64,000 nucleotides of DNA, from assembly GCF_030684315.1 (NCBI RefSeq), contig NC_081365.1:45865205-45929204 (forward strand). Reading direction: 5' to 3'. The notes under the pieces are model-generated. The model had not been told where the DNA came from. It did no database searches and saw only the letters and a list, made by a program, of their open reading frames with translations. Source of the DNA: Stegostoma tigrinum. Its lineage: Eukaryota. Made by a program: the position numbers and the translations under genes. Below are positions 1-11,970 of the stretch, piece after piece (within the stretch, counting starts at the first letter, position 1; every line of letters starts with the position of its first letter).

Positions 1-720
1 AGACTGAGTCGGAGTACAATTCTGCTGCTACCGAAGCCACAGCACCTCATGGATGCCCAGTCTTGAGTTGCTGGATCTGTTTGCAGTCTGTTTCATTTAG
101 CACAGTGATAGCCTCACACAACATGAGAGGGTATCTTCTATGTTAAGGTGGGACTTCATCTCCAGAAGACAATATGATGGCTAGTCCCACCGATACCATT
201 ATGGACAGATGCATGTGTGGCAGACAGACTGTTGGGGATGAGGTCAAGTATGTTTTTCCCTCGTGTTGGTTCCCTCAGACCCAGTCTAGCAGCTATGTCC
301 TTTAGATTGTGATCAGCTCGAACAGTAGTGCTGCTGCCAAACCACTCTTGATGGTGAACTTGAAGTCCCCCACACAGAGTACACATTGCACCTTCGGTAC
401 GCCTCAAGTGTTGTTCAACATGAAAGTATACTGATTCATCAGCTGAGGGAGGACAGTACATGGTAATGGGCAAGAAATTTCCTTGACCATGTTGAACCCG
501 AAGCCATGAGACTTCACGGAGTCCAGAGTCAATGATGAAGACTCCAAGGACAGCTCCCTCTTGACTGTATACCACTCTGCTGCCACTCCTGCTGGTCTGT
601 CCTGTTGGTGCGACACAAAATGTCCTGGGATGGTGATGGTGATGTCTGGAACATTGCCTGTAAGGCATGATTCTGGGATATGATTATGTCAGGCTGTTGC
701 TTGAATAGTCCATGAGACAG
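1..720 (-). mobile_element. Degenerate LINE (CR1/L2 group), APE endonuclease region
   Basis: Minus-strand translation gives HHQEWFGSSTT...EPTRGKNILDLI...SHHIV, typical APE C-terminal motifs; frameshifted. Confidence 0.75.
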
Positions 721-2170
721 CTTCCCAGGAAGAAGTCTGGAATTTAAATAAAAATAAGCCGAACATAGCCACTTGACCTTGGAGCTGTAAGACTAAAACA
801 TTTGTCTATTGTCTCAACTGTGTTCAGAATCTTACAGTGCATTTCTTTGTCAAGTGAAGCTAAGCAGAGTCACATGTTATTAAAGGACTAATGTCTACAT
901 CGGTTACAGATAAGCAGAATCATCAAATCAATTAATATATTTTGATTGTGTGAATATTAACGAAACCAGGTCAACCACGAAATGTTAGTTTGCATAATAA
1001 TGCTACAGGGTATATTGCTTATCATCTGGCATCCACCCTTGTACCATCTGAAGTTCTTTGAAAGAGGCTGGCATCTGTAAGTACAGCAGCTTATGGCAGT
1101 TGTAAGTTTTGCTCTCTCATCGGTTTTTGATGGCAGCTTACTTCAAGCTGCAGAACACAAGAATGAAGATAAGGTTGATCTGTGCCCTGGTCCTTACAAA
1201 AGATCTCTGAAAATGGTAACATCGAGCACAGAGTCCTATTGCAGGGATACTTTTCACCTGGCATCCTCTCCCATGGAGCTCCAGGGTGTGTTTTCATAGA
1301 GGGTGGTTTCACTCCTGGCCATGTCCACAACCAGCATGCCCTCTGTGTGATTGCTGCCTGGCTTGAGAGGACAGCACCTGCCACCAACATTACATCATGC
1401 CTGAAGGTATCTATGACAGCTGGATTTCCCAATCTAGCCTGGCAACACCCCTTCCCATACACCTCAGTCATCCTGGCTTCAGTGTCCAAATAAATGCCAA
1501 TGTGACCTTAGCATGAAGTAGTTGCCAGAAGTTGCCTGACCAATCTTACCACACAAGGCAACTGCACACACCTTTTGTCATGTGTGAGGATATAGCAAGT
1601 GCAACCTCATAGCTCACGGTCCCAGTGCCAGTCTGCCAGCACCAATGGGGAAGATGGGACATTGGGTGGAAGTGCTTTACACTTGCTGAACTGAGAGTTC
1701 TTAAGATGTCAATCAGGCCGGTGCTTCATGAAATCAGATCACATTGAATGGTGTATTTTTAAATGACCTGTCAAGACCATAAAACATAGGAGCAGATGTA
1801 TTCCATTCTTTTCATCAAGTCTGCTCTGCCATTCATTATGATCATATACTTTTGGATACTATAAGCAACGTTGATGTTCTGTTTAAGTGGAGTAGTACCT
1901 TAGCTGGCCACTCATTCCAGCCATTCCCTATTCCTCTATCAGAAACAATGTTACCTAGTTCACTTTTGGCGCTGCCTTTCTGTTACTGAATGTACATTGT
2001 GGGTGATTGTGGCTCAACATGGTGAGCTTTAGAAATTGCATATACTGCAGTAATTTTTAGGCTCCTCTGTGACCCATGGTATGCTTCAATCTTTTCCCTC
2101 AATCTCTGTTTCTTGATGACCTTCATGCCTCACTTTATTTCTGCTTTATCCCGTTATGTTACGATCAGTG

Positions 2171-3669
2171 ATAATGGGAACTGCAGATGCTGGAGAATTC
2201 CAAGATAATAAAATGTGAGGCTGGATGAACACAGCAGGCCAAGCAGCATCTCAGGAGCACAAAAGCTGACTTTTTGGGCCTAAACCCTTCATCAGAGAGG
2301 GGGATGGGGAGAGGGAACTGGAATAAATAGGGAGAGAGGGGGAGGCGGACCGAAGATGGAGAGTAAAGAAGATAGGTGGAGAGAGTGTAGGTGGGGAGGT
2401 AGGGAGGGGATAGGTCAGTCCAGGGAAGACGGACAGGTCAAGGAGGTGGGATGAGGTTAGTAGGTAGCTGGGGGTGCGGCTTGGGGTGGGAGGAAGGGAT
2501 GGGTGAGAGGAAGAAACGGTTAGGGAGGCAGAGACAGGTTGGACTGGTTTTGGGATGCAGTGAGTGGAGGGGAAGAGCTGGGCTGGTTGTGTGGTGCAGT
2601 GGGGGGAGGGGACGAACTGGGCTGGTTTAGGGATGCAGTAGGGGAAGGGGAGATTTTGAAACTGGTGAAGTCCACATTGATACCATATGACTGCAGGGTT
2701 CCCAGGCGGAATATGAGTTGCTGTTCCTGCAACCTTCGGGTGGCATCATTGTGGCACTGCAGGAGGCCCATGATGGACATGTCATCTAGAGAATGGGAGG
2801 GGGGGGTGGAAATGGTTTGCGACTGGGAGGTGCAGTAGTTTGTTGCGAACTGAGCGGAGGTGTTCTGCAAAGCGGTCCCCAAGCCTCCGCTTGGTTTCCC
2901 CAATGTAGAGGAAGCCGCACCAGGTACAGTGGATGCAGTATACCACATTGGCAGATGTGCAGGTGAACCTCTGCTTAATGTGGAATGTCATCTTGGGGCC
3001 TGGGATGGGGGTGAGGGAGGAGGTGTGGGGACAAGTGTAGCATTTTCTGCGGTTGCAGGGGAAGGTGCCGGGTGTGGTGGGGTTGGAGGGCAGTGTGGAG
3101 CGAACAAGGGAGTCACGGAGAGAGTGGTCTCTCCGGAAAGCTGACAGGGGAGGGGATGGAAAAATGTCTTGGGTGGTGGGGTCGGATTGTAAATGGCGGA
3201 AGTGACGGAGGATAATGCGTTGTATCCGGAGGTTGGTAGGGTGGTGTGTGAGAACGAGGGGGATCCTCTTGGGGCGGTTGTGGCGGGGGCGGGGTGTGAG
3301 GGATGTGTTGCGGGAAATACGGGAGACGCGGTCAAGGGCGTTGTCGATCACTGTGGGGGGATAGTTGCGGTCCTTAAAGAACTTGGACATCTGGGATGTG
3401 CAGGAGTGGAATGTCTTATCGTGGGAGCAGATGCGGCGGAGGCGGAGGAATTGGGAATAGGGGATGGAATTTTTGCAGGAGGGTGGGTGGGAGGAGGTGT
3501 ATTCTAGGTAGCTGTGGGAGTCGGTGGGCTTGAAATGGACATCAGTTACAAGCTGGTTGCCTGAGATGGAGACTGAGAGGCCCAGGAAGGTGAGGGATGT
3601 GCTGGAGATGGCCCAGGTGAACTGAAGGTTGGGATGGAAGGTGTTGGTGAAGTGGATGAACTGTTCCAC
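2171..3669 (-). mobile_element. Penelope-like retroelement (Neptune-type), 5'-truncated: RT C-terminus, Zn-finger linker, GIY-YIG endonuclease and terminal repeat
   Basis: ORF 2782-3669: FHPNLQFTW..HFKPTDSHSYL..SSHP..CNRRKCYTC..VVYCIHC..LYIGETKRRLGDRFAEH; terminus contains a decayed hammerhead motif at 2266-2295. Confidence 0.92.
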
Positions 3670-5232
3670 ATTTTGAACCTGGAGCCCCTCACTATTCAGA
3701 TGTTTCTGTCCTTGCCTTCACACTCCCTAGATTGAAAAAGCTTAACTTGTCTTGAGCCCCTTTGAGAACTCTCCAAGCCAATCAAATGCCGTTCTACTGC
3801 GTTCAATTCCCCCCTATGCCAGTAACTGTTCCTTCAGCTAGTCAATACAATCAGATTAATTCCCAGTTGTGAGTTGCCTATGACCCCAATGACACTAGGG
3901 ACAGACCAGAAAGCCCCCTGTTATTGTACAACACATGGGTTTGAATGATCATGGCACATATAGCCTGTCCCCATCTGATTGTGTCCCATCCCCCTGGACT
4001 GAATTTACAAGATGTACTCAATTGACTGGCCAGCAGGGTCAAGAGGACTGATTTTGTTTGACCACGTTTAGGACTGATTATGGCCCAATACGTAGACTGA
4101 AATAGCAGCACCTATCCCTGGGGTTGAATTGGTCCATCCTGAATGACCACAATCAACTCCCCAGGGTAGAAAGTGTAGTCTTTGGTCTGACTCTGGTAGT
4201 ACCCTTTGACTGGCAGGTGCCTATCCATGTCTGAGCAGGCATGCCTCCCTTTTTTGTTCAAATATCACCTTGCTGTTCCTGCACATACAGATTGTTTTCC
4301 ATTTATACTGCAGGCACATACCCCTCACATACTGATGCTGAACTGTGCCCTTCAGTGATATAGACCATTGTTTCCCCATTAACACTGCATTGTTCTCTAG
4401 AGACATTGTTCCTGCTTTGACGTCTGCACTAAAGTATTGATTTGATCCAACTGCAACATTTACAGCACCTAATATTTGTGTCAAGTCATTCTGGAAAGTT
4501 TTCTTCAATAATGACGCTGACATTTAGGTTCATTATCATGTGTCTATTTTGGTCAAATTGTGATTGGACTTTTCCTAGCACAGTAATAATGACATGGCCT
4601 GCTTTGGTCATCCAAAGCAACCACTCTGAGCAGCGGCAACATTTTGGTTATTGCAGAATTTATTCCCCAGTATCCCTTAATTTCAGGTCAAGCTAGAGCT
4701 TCTACCCAGAATGAAAGCTATTTAATTTGAAAACATTCAGAATTTTATACATCATTTTATACATCACCATACATTGCAACACTGATGTCAGCACCTCAAT
4801 AAGCAACTCCTTCCCAGCTGCCTATTTCTTTATTTTCTCTCTCCAGTAATGCACCCAGTAGTCCATCAACATATTTTGCTGTCTATTTCAAATGCTTTGC
4901 CTATTTGGTTAATCTATAATTCTTCACTCAATATCTATCAATTCTGTAATCTATATTCTCGAGACGAAACCATTTTTTGTGATCTCACTTACATTTGTGA
5001 GATAAAATGCCAGGCTTGAAGACTGCACATTTTACAAGTGGAGAAGTTTGATATTTTTCTCATTCAGGTCACAGTGCTGCGTGATGTCAATTCCGTGTGG
5101 TTCAAAACATTCAGAGAACGTTGATACATTGAATATGAAAGTGAGCCATTCAGTTTAATTTCAAGTACGAAGGGTCTGTACAATAGCTCCTTCTGTTGAT
5201 GCGAGATGCAACGTCCAACTGTTTAAAACTTT

Positions 5233-5388
5233 CTCAGAGACGGTAAGAACTGCCGATGCTGGAGTCAGAGATAACACTATGTGGAGCTGGATGATCACAG
5301 CAGGCCGGGCAGCATCAGAGGAGCAGGAAAGTTGACGTTTTGGTTTGGGACCCTTTCTGAAGATCAGCATCGGCAGTTCTTACTATCT
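5233..5388. mobile_element. Mini Penelope-terminus insertion with internal inversion and 14-bp target-site duplication
   Basis: CTGTTTAAAACTTT at 5219-5232 and 5389-5402; the ends are reverse complements (GTAAGAACTGCCGATGCTG / CAGCATCGGCAGTTCTTAC). Confidence 0.85.
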
Positions 5389-5479
5389 CTGTTTAAAACT
5401 TTATTTGCCTAAGAACAGTTTTGTAAAGTTTGCCTCTAAATTCAAATTGCTGGAGAATTTGAATTTTTACTGTAATAAT

Positions 5480-5955
5480 TCAGGAGTGTGTGGGAATCAA
5501 ACCCACCTGCCTGGATGAATCCAGACCAGCTTCAACAAACTAAAGAAGCTTGACACTTTCAGAATAGCTTGATTGACATCCCACCTGGTGACTTCAGCCT
5601 TCACTCCTTCCACAACTGACACACAGTGATAGTAGTGTGTGCAATCTACAAGATGTACTGCAACAACTCAAAAAGGTTCCTATAGCAATATCTTCCAAAA
5701 CTGTGACCACTATCTCTTGGAGGGACAAGGGATGCATATATCTGGGACATACACACCCTGACTTGGAACTACATAGCCACTCATTTAGGATGTTACAGGA
5801 TCAAAATGCTGGAATTCCCTCCCTGGCAGCATCGTAGCTGTATGTAGATGTGACAGATTGCAGCAGTTCAAGAAGACTGCTCACCATAACCTTCTCAAGG
5901 GCAAGTAGTGAAGGTCAGTGCTGGTGTAGCCAGGCACTTTCATATACGTATTAAT
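5480..5955 (+). mobile_element. LINE 3' end (L2/CR1 group), tail shared with the local tRNA-SINE
   Basis: Tail ...TTCAAGAAGACTGCTCACCATAACCTTCTCAAGGGCAA... matches the SINE tails at 18620-18730, 29760-29830 and 35900-35960. Confidence 0.6.
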
Positions 5956-5964
5956 CAATTAAAG

Positions 5965-6202
5965 CCTTTTAACTGATTAAAGACTTAACAGTATCTAGCT
6001 TTGTTTAGTACGTCCTCATCAATGGTGTGAACCTTTGATGTTTTACTTATAAATTCTGTGTCTGATACCACCTCACTAACACCTGAAGAAGGAGTGAGAC
6101 TTCAAAACCTTGTGTTTTCAAAATAAACCTGTTGGACTATAACCTGGTGTCGTGTGATTTCTGACCTTGTCAACCCCTGTCCAACAGCGGCACCTCCACA
6201 CC
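5965..6202 (+). mobile_element. Terminal repeat of a second Penelope-like family
   Basis: cac-CTGAAGA-aggag..cttc-AAAACCTT-gtg (decayed hammerhead, 6080-6114) followed by AAATAAACCTGTTGGACTATAACCTGGTG. Confidence 0.65.
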
Positions 6203-6214
6203 ATAGATTACTTC

Positions 6215-7301
6215 CAAGGAAACAAGGTGTAGAGCTGGATGAACACAGCAGGCCAAGCAGCATCAGAGGAACAGGAAAGCTGATGTTTCAGGTCTAGACC
6301 CTTCTTCAGAAATGGGGGAGGGGAAGGGGATTCTGAAATAAATAGGAAGGGGGAGGGAGGCGCATAGAAGATGGAGAAAAGAGAAGATAGGTGGAGAGGA
6401 GACAGACAGGTCAAGGAGGCAGTGAGACAATGTTAGAGGTAAGCAATGGTATTAAATTATTGGAATTACATTGCCAGTGTAATATGTTAAAATCAAATGA
6501 TGTTAATGAGGCAATTTAAACCAAGAAATTGGTGTTCTTAAAAAGGTAAATCTAAATACAGTTTTGGTGCAAAGAGAGCTAAGAATAAAACATAAGCCTA
6601 AGTCACTATATCAGTGATTTGTGTGTCAGGCTATGGTTAAAAGAGATTCTAAGTATCATGACAAATGACTGCACCTCCCAGTAATGAATCATTTCAACAC
6701 CCCCTCCCACTCCTTGGATGACATGTCCACCCTGGGCCTCCTACAGTGCCACAATGATGCCACCCGAAGATTGCAGGAACAGCAACTCATACTTTGCTTG
6801 GGAACCCTGCAGCCCAATGGTATCAATGTGGATTTCACAAGCTTCGAAATCCCTCTCCTCCCACTGCATCCCAAAACCAGCCCAGCTCGTCCCCACCTCC
6901 CCCACCTGTCCTTCCTCCCACCTATCCCCTCCTCCCACCTCAAGCCCCATCCCAATCTCCAACCTACCAGCCTCATCCCACCCCCTTGACCTGATGGTCC
7001 TCCCTGGACTGACCTATCCCCTGCCCAGCTCCCCCCTACACTCACCTTTACTGGCTCCATTCCTGCTTCTTTGACCAGTCTGTCCTCTCTCCACCTATCT
7101 TCTCCTTTCTCCATCTTCTATGCGCCTCCCCCCTCTTCCTATTTATTTCGGAATCCCCTTCCCCTCCCCCATTTCTGAGGATGGGTCTAACCCGAAACGT
7201 CAGCCTTCCTGCTCCTCTGATGCTGCTGGGCCTGCTGTGTTCATCCAGCTCCACACCTTGTTATCTCAGATTCTCCAGCATTGGCAATTCCTACTATCTC
7301 T
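6215..7301. mobile_element. Composite Penelope-like insertion: inverted terminus (6215-6420), unrelated spacer, forward GIY-YIG C-terminus and terminus (6666-7301)
   Basis: ATRRLQEQQLILCLGTLQPNGINVDF is shared with the other copies; ATAGATTACTTC occurs on both sides (6203-6214, 7308-7319). Confidence 0.8.
7175..7203 (+). ncRNA. Minimal type I hammerhead ribozyme motif
   Basis: CTGAGGA-t-gggt(cta)accc-GAAACGTC-ag. Confidence 0.6.
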
Positions 7302-8019
7302 GTAACAATAGATTACTTCTGGCACTTTTTGTTCTATTGTCTATGTTATTGTGGTGTTTGGTTAACTTAGGCTTATATAGAACTGTAAACACATGTCTCT
7401 TGACACTACACACATGCGCACTATGCACTACTTCAATATGCACACGCACATTTAATCTGTTTCACCAGTAAATTTGGTGTGGCCATGAGTGGAGATGTGG
7501 GTTTGGATTTAACCTCCCAACTAAGGACATTATCTCTGCCAGTGTGATACTCCTGCAGTCCTGCACTAGATGATAAATTGAAATCCTAATCTTGGGATCC
7601 AGTTTCAAAAGTAATTTGAAGTGAGTCAGTGATCCTTGACTAGTAATTGTCAAGAGCTCTCACATAGAACAGTGACAGCTGCGTACTATGTTTTTCTCTT
7701 CTATCTTCCGGAATGCACTGACTTTGTTTTGAAATCAGATGCCCTCCATTGGTCATTCAAGTGACCTTTCTGCATACGTAACCTTACCAAATACAGCCCT
7801 GAAATTCATCTGTCAGAGGACCATGAATGTCATCCTGTCTGAAATATGAATTTGGTGCTCAACCTAGTTCCCTCATTAGTTGGCTTTTTATATAAGCTGC
7901 CAAATTCTGCTTTAGGGGATGGCTATAAGGACATTGCTGGATGAAGTACAACTGCTTCATTCGAATTTTCACCAGTTGTCTTAAGTTGGCACAAACATTA
8001 ATATGTATGCATGTAACAT

Positions 8020-9565
8020 CTATACGTGGAAGATGTCACCGTTTCCTGCGTGGATCTGCAGTCAGTGAGCGGACTCTTGAGCATCTGCGACCAGTTTGAA
8101 CTGGCCTCGGGTGCCAACATTAATGGGGCAAGAGTGAGGCCATGTTCTTTGGGAACTGGGCCAACAGATTCTTCATTCCTTTCACCATCACGACAGACTA
8201 CCTGAAGGTGCTGGGTATTTGGTTCAGAGGGGCTAGGGTGTGTGCCAAAACTTGGGAGAAGCATGTCACCAAAGTGAGGCAGAAACTAGGCATGGGAGGA
8301 TGGGTACCTCTCCATTGCAGGTAAAAACCTAGTCATCAGGAGTGAGGTACTCTCAGTGTTGCTGTATGTGGCACAGGTCTGGCCTATTCCCCAAACCTGT
8401 GCCGTTGCAGTCACCTGGGTCATCTTTCAATTAATTTGATGTTGAAGGTGGACTGAGTTTGAAGGGACATGATGTATAAAGAACTGGACAAAAGGGAGAA
8501 AATCATTCCTAATGCTACCCTTACCCTGATGGCTACCTTTGTGTGTGACTGCATCAAGCTGTGCAAAGATCCTCAGTGCCAAACACCAAGTGTCACTACT
8601 TACTGAGGTTCTACCTGTCCCTGTGTTGTAAGTGATAGGCCTGGCCTTGTTACCATTGAACGCTCCAAGTAGTTGGACTGTCTCGTACCACCTGTACTTC
8701 GTGGAGAAATTTGTGAAAAAAAAACCTTTGACCACAAGTCCATCAGGCAGTGGTCAGCATGTAATATCCTTAGGACCTGCCAGGAAAAGGAGAGGGTGGA
8801 CCTTGTTGAGTGGTTCCTTGTACAGACAGCCAAAGCTATTTGGCGGAATGCCTCATCACCAGAGTTTTCCAACAAGCACCAGGACATTGCTTGGCTGGTA
8901 GTGAGAAGGGCTCTGCCTGTGAGATCCTTAATGCATGCCCGGACTCCCTGTGCCAACGCACGCTGCCCTCGAAGTGGCTGCCATGGGGACGAGACTGTCA
9001 CACCTCCTTCTGGAATGCGCCTATGCAAAGGATGTCTGGGGGGAAAATGCAGTGGTTTTGATTAGGTCTGTCCTGAAGAACTCCATGATGTGGGACTCTG
9101 TTCTCTCCAGTCTGTTTCCCAGAATGCACACCAGACCAACATCACCTGTGCCTGCAGGACCATCAATGCGGTGAAAGATGTGCTTTGGTCTGCCAGAAAC
9201 TTGTCGGTCTTTCAGTTGAAAGATTTGACCCTGACCGAGTACTGCAGACTGGCACATTCCAAGGTCCAGGACTATGTGCTGGGGGTGCAATAAAGCTTGG
9301 GGAAGCTGCTGCCAAGGTGCAGTGGGGAAATAAACCACTGTGTAAGGTCCTTCTGCCAAAGCAAAACAGGGGGTCCCTTCAATAACCAGACCATGCTAAT
9401 GCCTCAGCTAAATGTCAACAGATTATTTCTAAATGTAGAGAAAGATGAACACCAATGTTTATTTCATTCTTGATGACAGCATGGATCGGAATGGCTACAT
9501 TAGCTGTGTATGTACATGAAGATTTCCTTCAATGAATAAAGTATATTTTTGCAACTAAAAAAAAT
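8020..9565 (+). mobile_element. Degenerate Tx1/L1-clade LINE, 3' part of ORF2
   Basis: YVEDVTV (YADD-like), GKNLVIRSEVLSVLLYVAQVW, zf-RVT CPRSGCHGDETV-HLLLECAYAKDVW, AATAAA and A-rich tail at ~9535-9564; multiple frameshifts. Confidence 0.82.
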
Positions 9566-9619
9566 CTGTACAGCTGTGGAAGGTCTTGATTCTAGGTTAC
9601 ATGAAGCTTAAGGTTAATT

Positions 9620-10525
9620 AAGAGGACAAAAGTGGTGCCATTGTTGCTTCTCATGCTAACTTATACCTTGCTGAAACTGAGAACCAATTATTCGACTCTT
9701 CCTCCTATCTCCCCAGGACCACGATGGAATATCATGCTGTTGTTTCCAGAACTATTACTGGCCTCATCTACTTTTTAGATCTCCTCTCCACATCTTTCCA
9801 CCTCACAGTTCTCCAACCCCACATAGCCTACTTTTGTCATCTTCCCAAAATCCACATCCTTGGCAGACACATCATTTCAGCCTGTTCCTGTTCCATTTCA
9901 CTTCTTTTTTTACTATCATGACTGTTTTCTCTTCCCCAAACTAATTTCTTCCCACATACATTCATGATTCTTCTGATGCTTTATGTCTTTTCCAGTTTCC
10001 TGGTGCCTAACATCTCCTGTTCACTATGAACATGCAGCTGTTCTACAGCTGCATCCCCCATCAGAATAGTCTAAAGGATCTCTACTTCTTCTCAGAATTA
10101 AGTCTGAACAATCACTATTTCCACCCTCCTTCAGTTAGCTGACTTTGTTCTCACTTTCAACAATTTCTCCTTTAACTTGTCCCATTTTCTCCAAGTGAAA
10201 TTGTAGCTATGGGTACCCACACGGGTCCCAGTTATGTCATTATGCCTGTCTCTGTGCGTGGTGAAAGTGTTTTACTTGTACTTCTATCAATGTAGTCTAC
10301 TGTGCTCACTGCTCACCACCTGTCCCACTTATCCTTCCTCTCCCTTTGTCAACAGCATAAAAGGCATCATTTTACAGCTCCCTTCAGTTTTGCAAAGGAT
10401 GTCATATTGGACTCAAAACATAAATTTTGATACCCTGTCCACACATACGACCAGACCTCCAGAGTTTCTCCATTACTTTCTCTCAGTTCAGACCTCTAAT
10501 ATCCTCAATACTTTGCTTTTATTTA
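9620..10525 (+). mobile_element. Old Penelope-like RT remnant with decayed terminus
   Basis: LPKIH, FNNFSFN..HFLQV, VAMGTHTGPSY motifs readable in broken frames; terminus resembles the 14790-14935 family. Confidence 0.65.
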
Positions 10526-10794
10526 AAAAGTAATATTTTTCCTATAATTCCTCAACCAGCTCATCCAGGCACATCACACCTATAAACCAAATAGAAGTTC
10601 AGATTTGCCTCCAGGAGGCCAAAGTAAAAGTTACAGAACTTCAGTATCAGTGCCTATTTCAGTATTCATTGCATCCCTGCAGTGCTAATTCTGTCTCAAC
10701 TGTCATCCAAATGTGCACTTCCAACAAACATGACTAAATAGCAATCACCATCACCCTGATAGCGGTTAGGTTGTGAGTTCAATCTGACCTAGAT

Positions 10795-11104
10795 CATTGA
10801 ATCCCTAAAGTGTGGAAACAGGCCCTTCAGCCCACCAAGTCCACACTGACTCTCAGAGCATCCTACCCAGACCCATCCCCCTCATCTACACATCCATGAA
10901 CACTACGGATAATTTAGCATGGCCAATCCACCTCGTCTGCACATTTTTGGACTTTGGGAGAAAACTGGAGCACCTGGAGGAAACCCATGCAGACACAGGG
11001 AGAATGTGCAAACTCCACACAGACAGTCACCCAAGGGTGGAGTCAAATCCAGGTTCCTGGCGCTGTGAGGCAGCAGTGCTAACCGCTGAGCCAAGGTGCT
11101 GCCC
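10795..11104 (-). mobile_element. HE1-type tRNA-derived V-SINE
   Basis: Reverse strand TGGCTCAGCGGTTAGCACTGCTGCCTCACAGCGCC head, V-domain GGGTTTCCTCCAGGTGCTCCAGTTTTCTCCC, CR1-like tail. Confidence 0.85.
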
Positions 11105-11569
11105 TTATCACATTGTTATTTGCCAGGTCTGCTTACAGTAGGACAACAACTACACATAAAGGAATTAAATGCTATGTTGGTTCAAAAGTACTCCTAGACA
11201 TTCATTCTTTCCTTCCATCTCTCTCTTGGCACCTGCTTTTGTCTTATCCCTGACCATTTCCTTCCCCCCCTTCACTCTCTTGGTGCCCTCATTTCCTTCC
11301 TCTCCCCTTCCTCATTCTTTTTTCCCTTCCTTCCTTTTGAAATTCATAAATTTATTTTCAAATCATGACATTGAAATGTTACTCGACAAAGATGATTCTG
11401 GAATTAATTAAAATTATTTATCACTGTCATAGCAATGACTTAAAGATTCATATTAGTATTTTAAAGCAAAGACTGATTCCCAAAATGACTTTGTTGTGAT
11501 GTAGTGAACAATGTCAGAACAGGAAATGAATAGACTACTAGTAGAGAATTGGAATATTGCTGAGAAGGA

Positions 11570-11970
11570 AAGGTATTGCTGAAAGAGGGGTGCTACTGAT
11601 GCTTTTTGTTTTACACTCATCAGGACAAACACAAGAATGCCAAATGTCAGACAATCACAATATTTTGTAATACAGGAAAAATGGATGATAATTAGCAGGC
11701 AGGTTGACTTTAATTGGCCAAAACATTGTCATGGAAAAAACAAAAGGGATCTCTAGCGATTCTGACAAGTGAAAGGAAAGGCGCAGGTATTAAATGTATT
11801 CTGTTTGTTTGCAGAAAATGGGTTCCTGCACAAGAATGTGTGTCATTCCTAGCAAATGTAAATTCACCATGTTAGCTGCTTGATGGATTAATATACTTTC
11901 TTGTTCGTATAGCTAATAGTACACTCAGGATTGTTTGGCATCTAATATCCAATCATAGAGTGCATCTAAC
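11570..11970 (-). mobile_element. Third Penelope-like family: decayed GIY-YIG C-terminus and terminus
   Basis: Minus strand reads ..NNPECT..HLL..QEPIFCKQTEYI, followed by gtcCTGATGAgtgtaaaacAAAAAGCATC (decayed hammerhead, 11596-11626). Confidence 0.55.

Noticed and set aside
1060-1500. Overlapping 68-132 aa ORFs, possibly a decayed DNA transposon
   Set aside because: No motif I can confidently recognise.
2782-3669. 295-aa ORF as a host gene or autonomous element
   Set aside because: 5'-truncated Penelope fragment lacking the RT catalytic core and frameshifted near 2810.
11040-11104. tRNA-like sequence
   Set aside because: SINE head with A/B boxes, not a complete tRNA gene.
10812-11141. Similar small ORFs at 10812 and 26858 suggesting a peptide family
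   Set aside because: Antisense translations of two copies of the same SINE.
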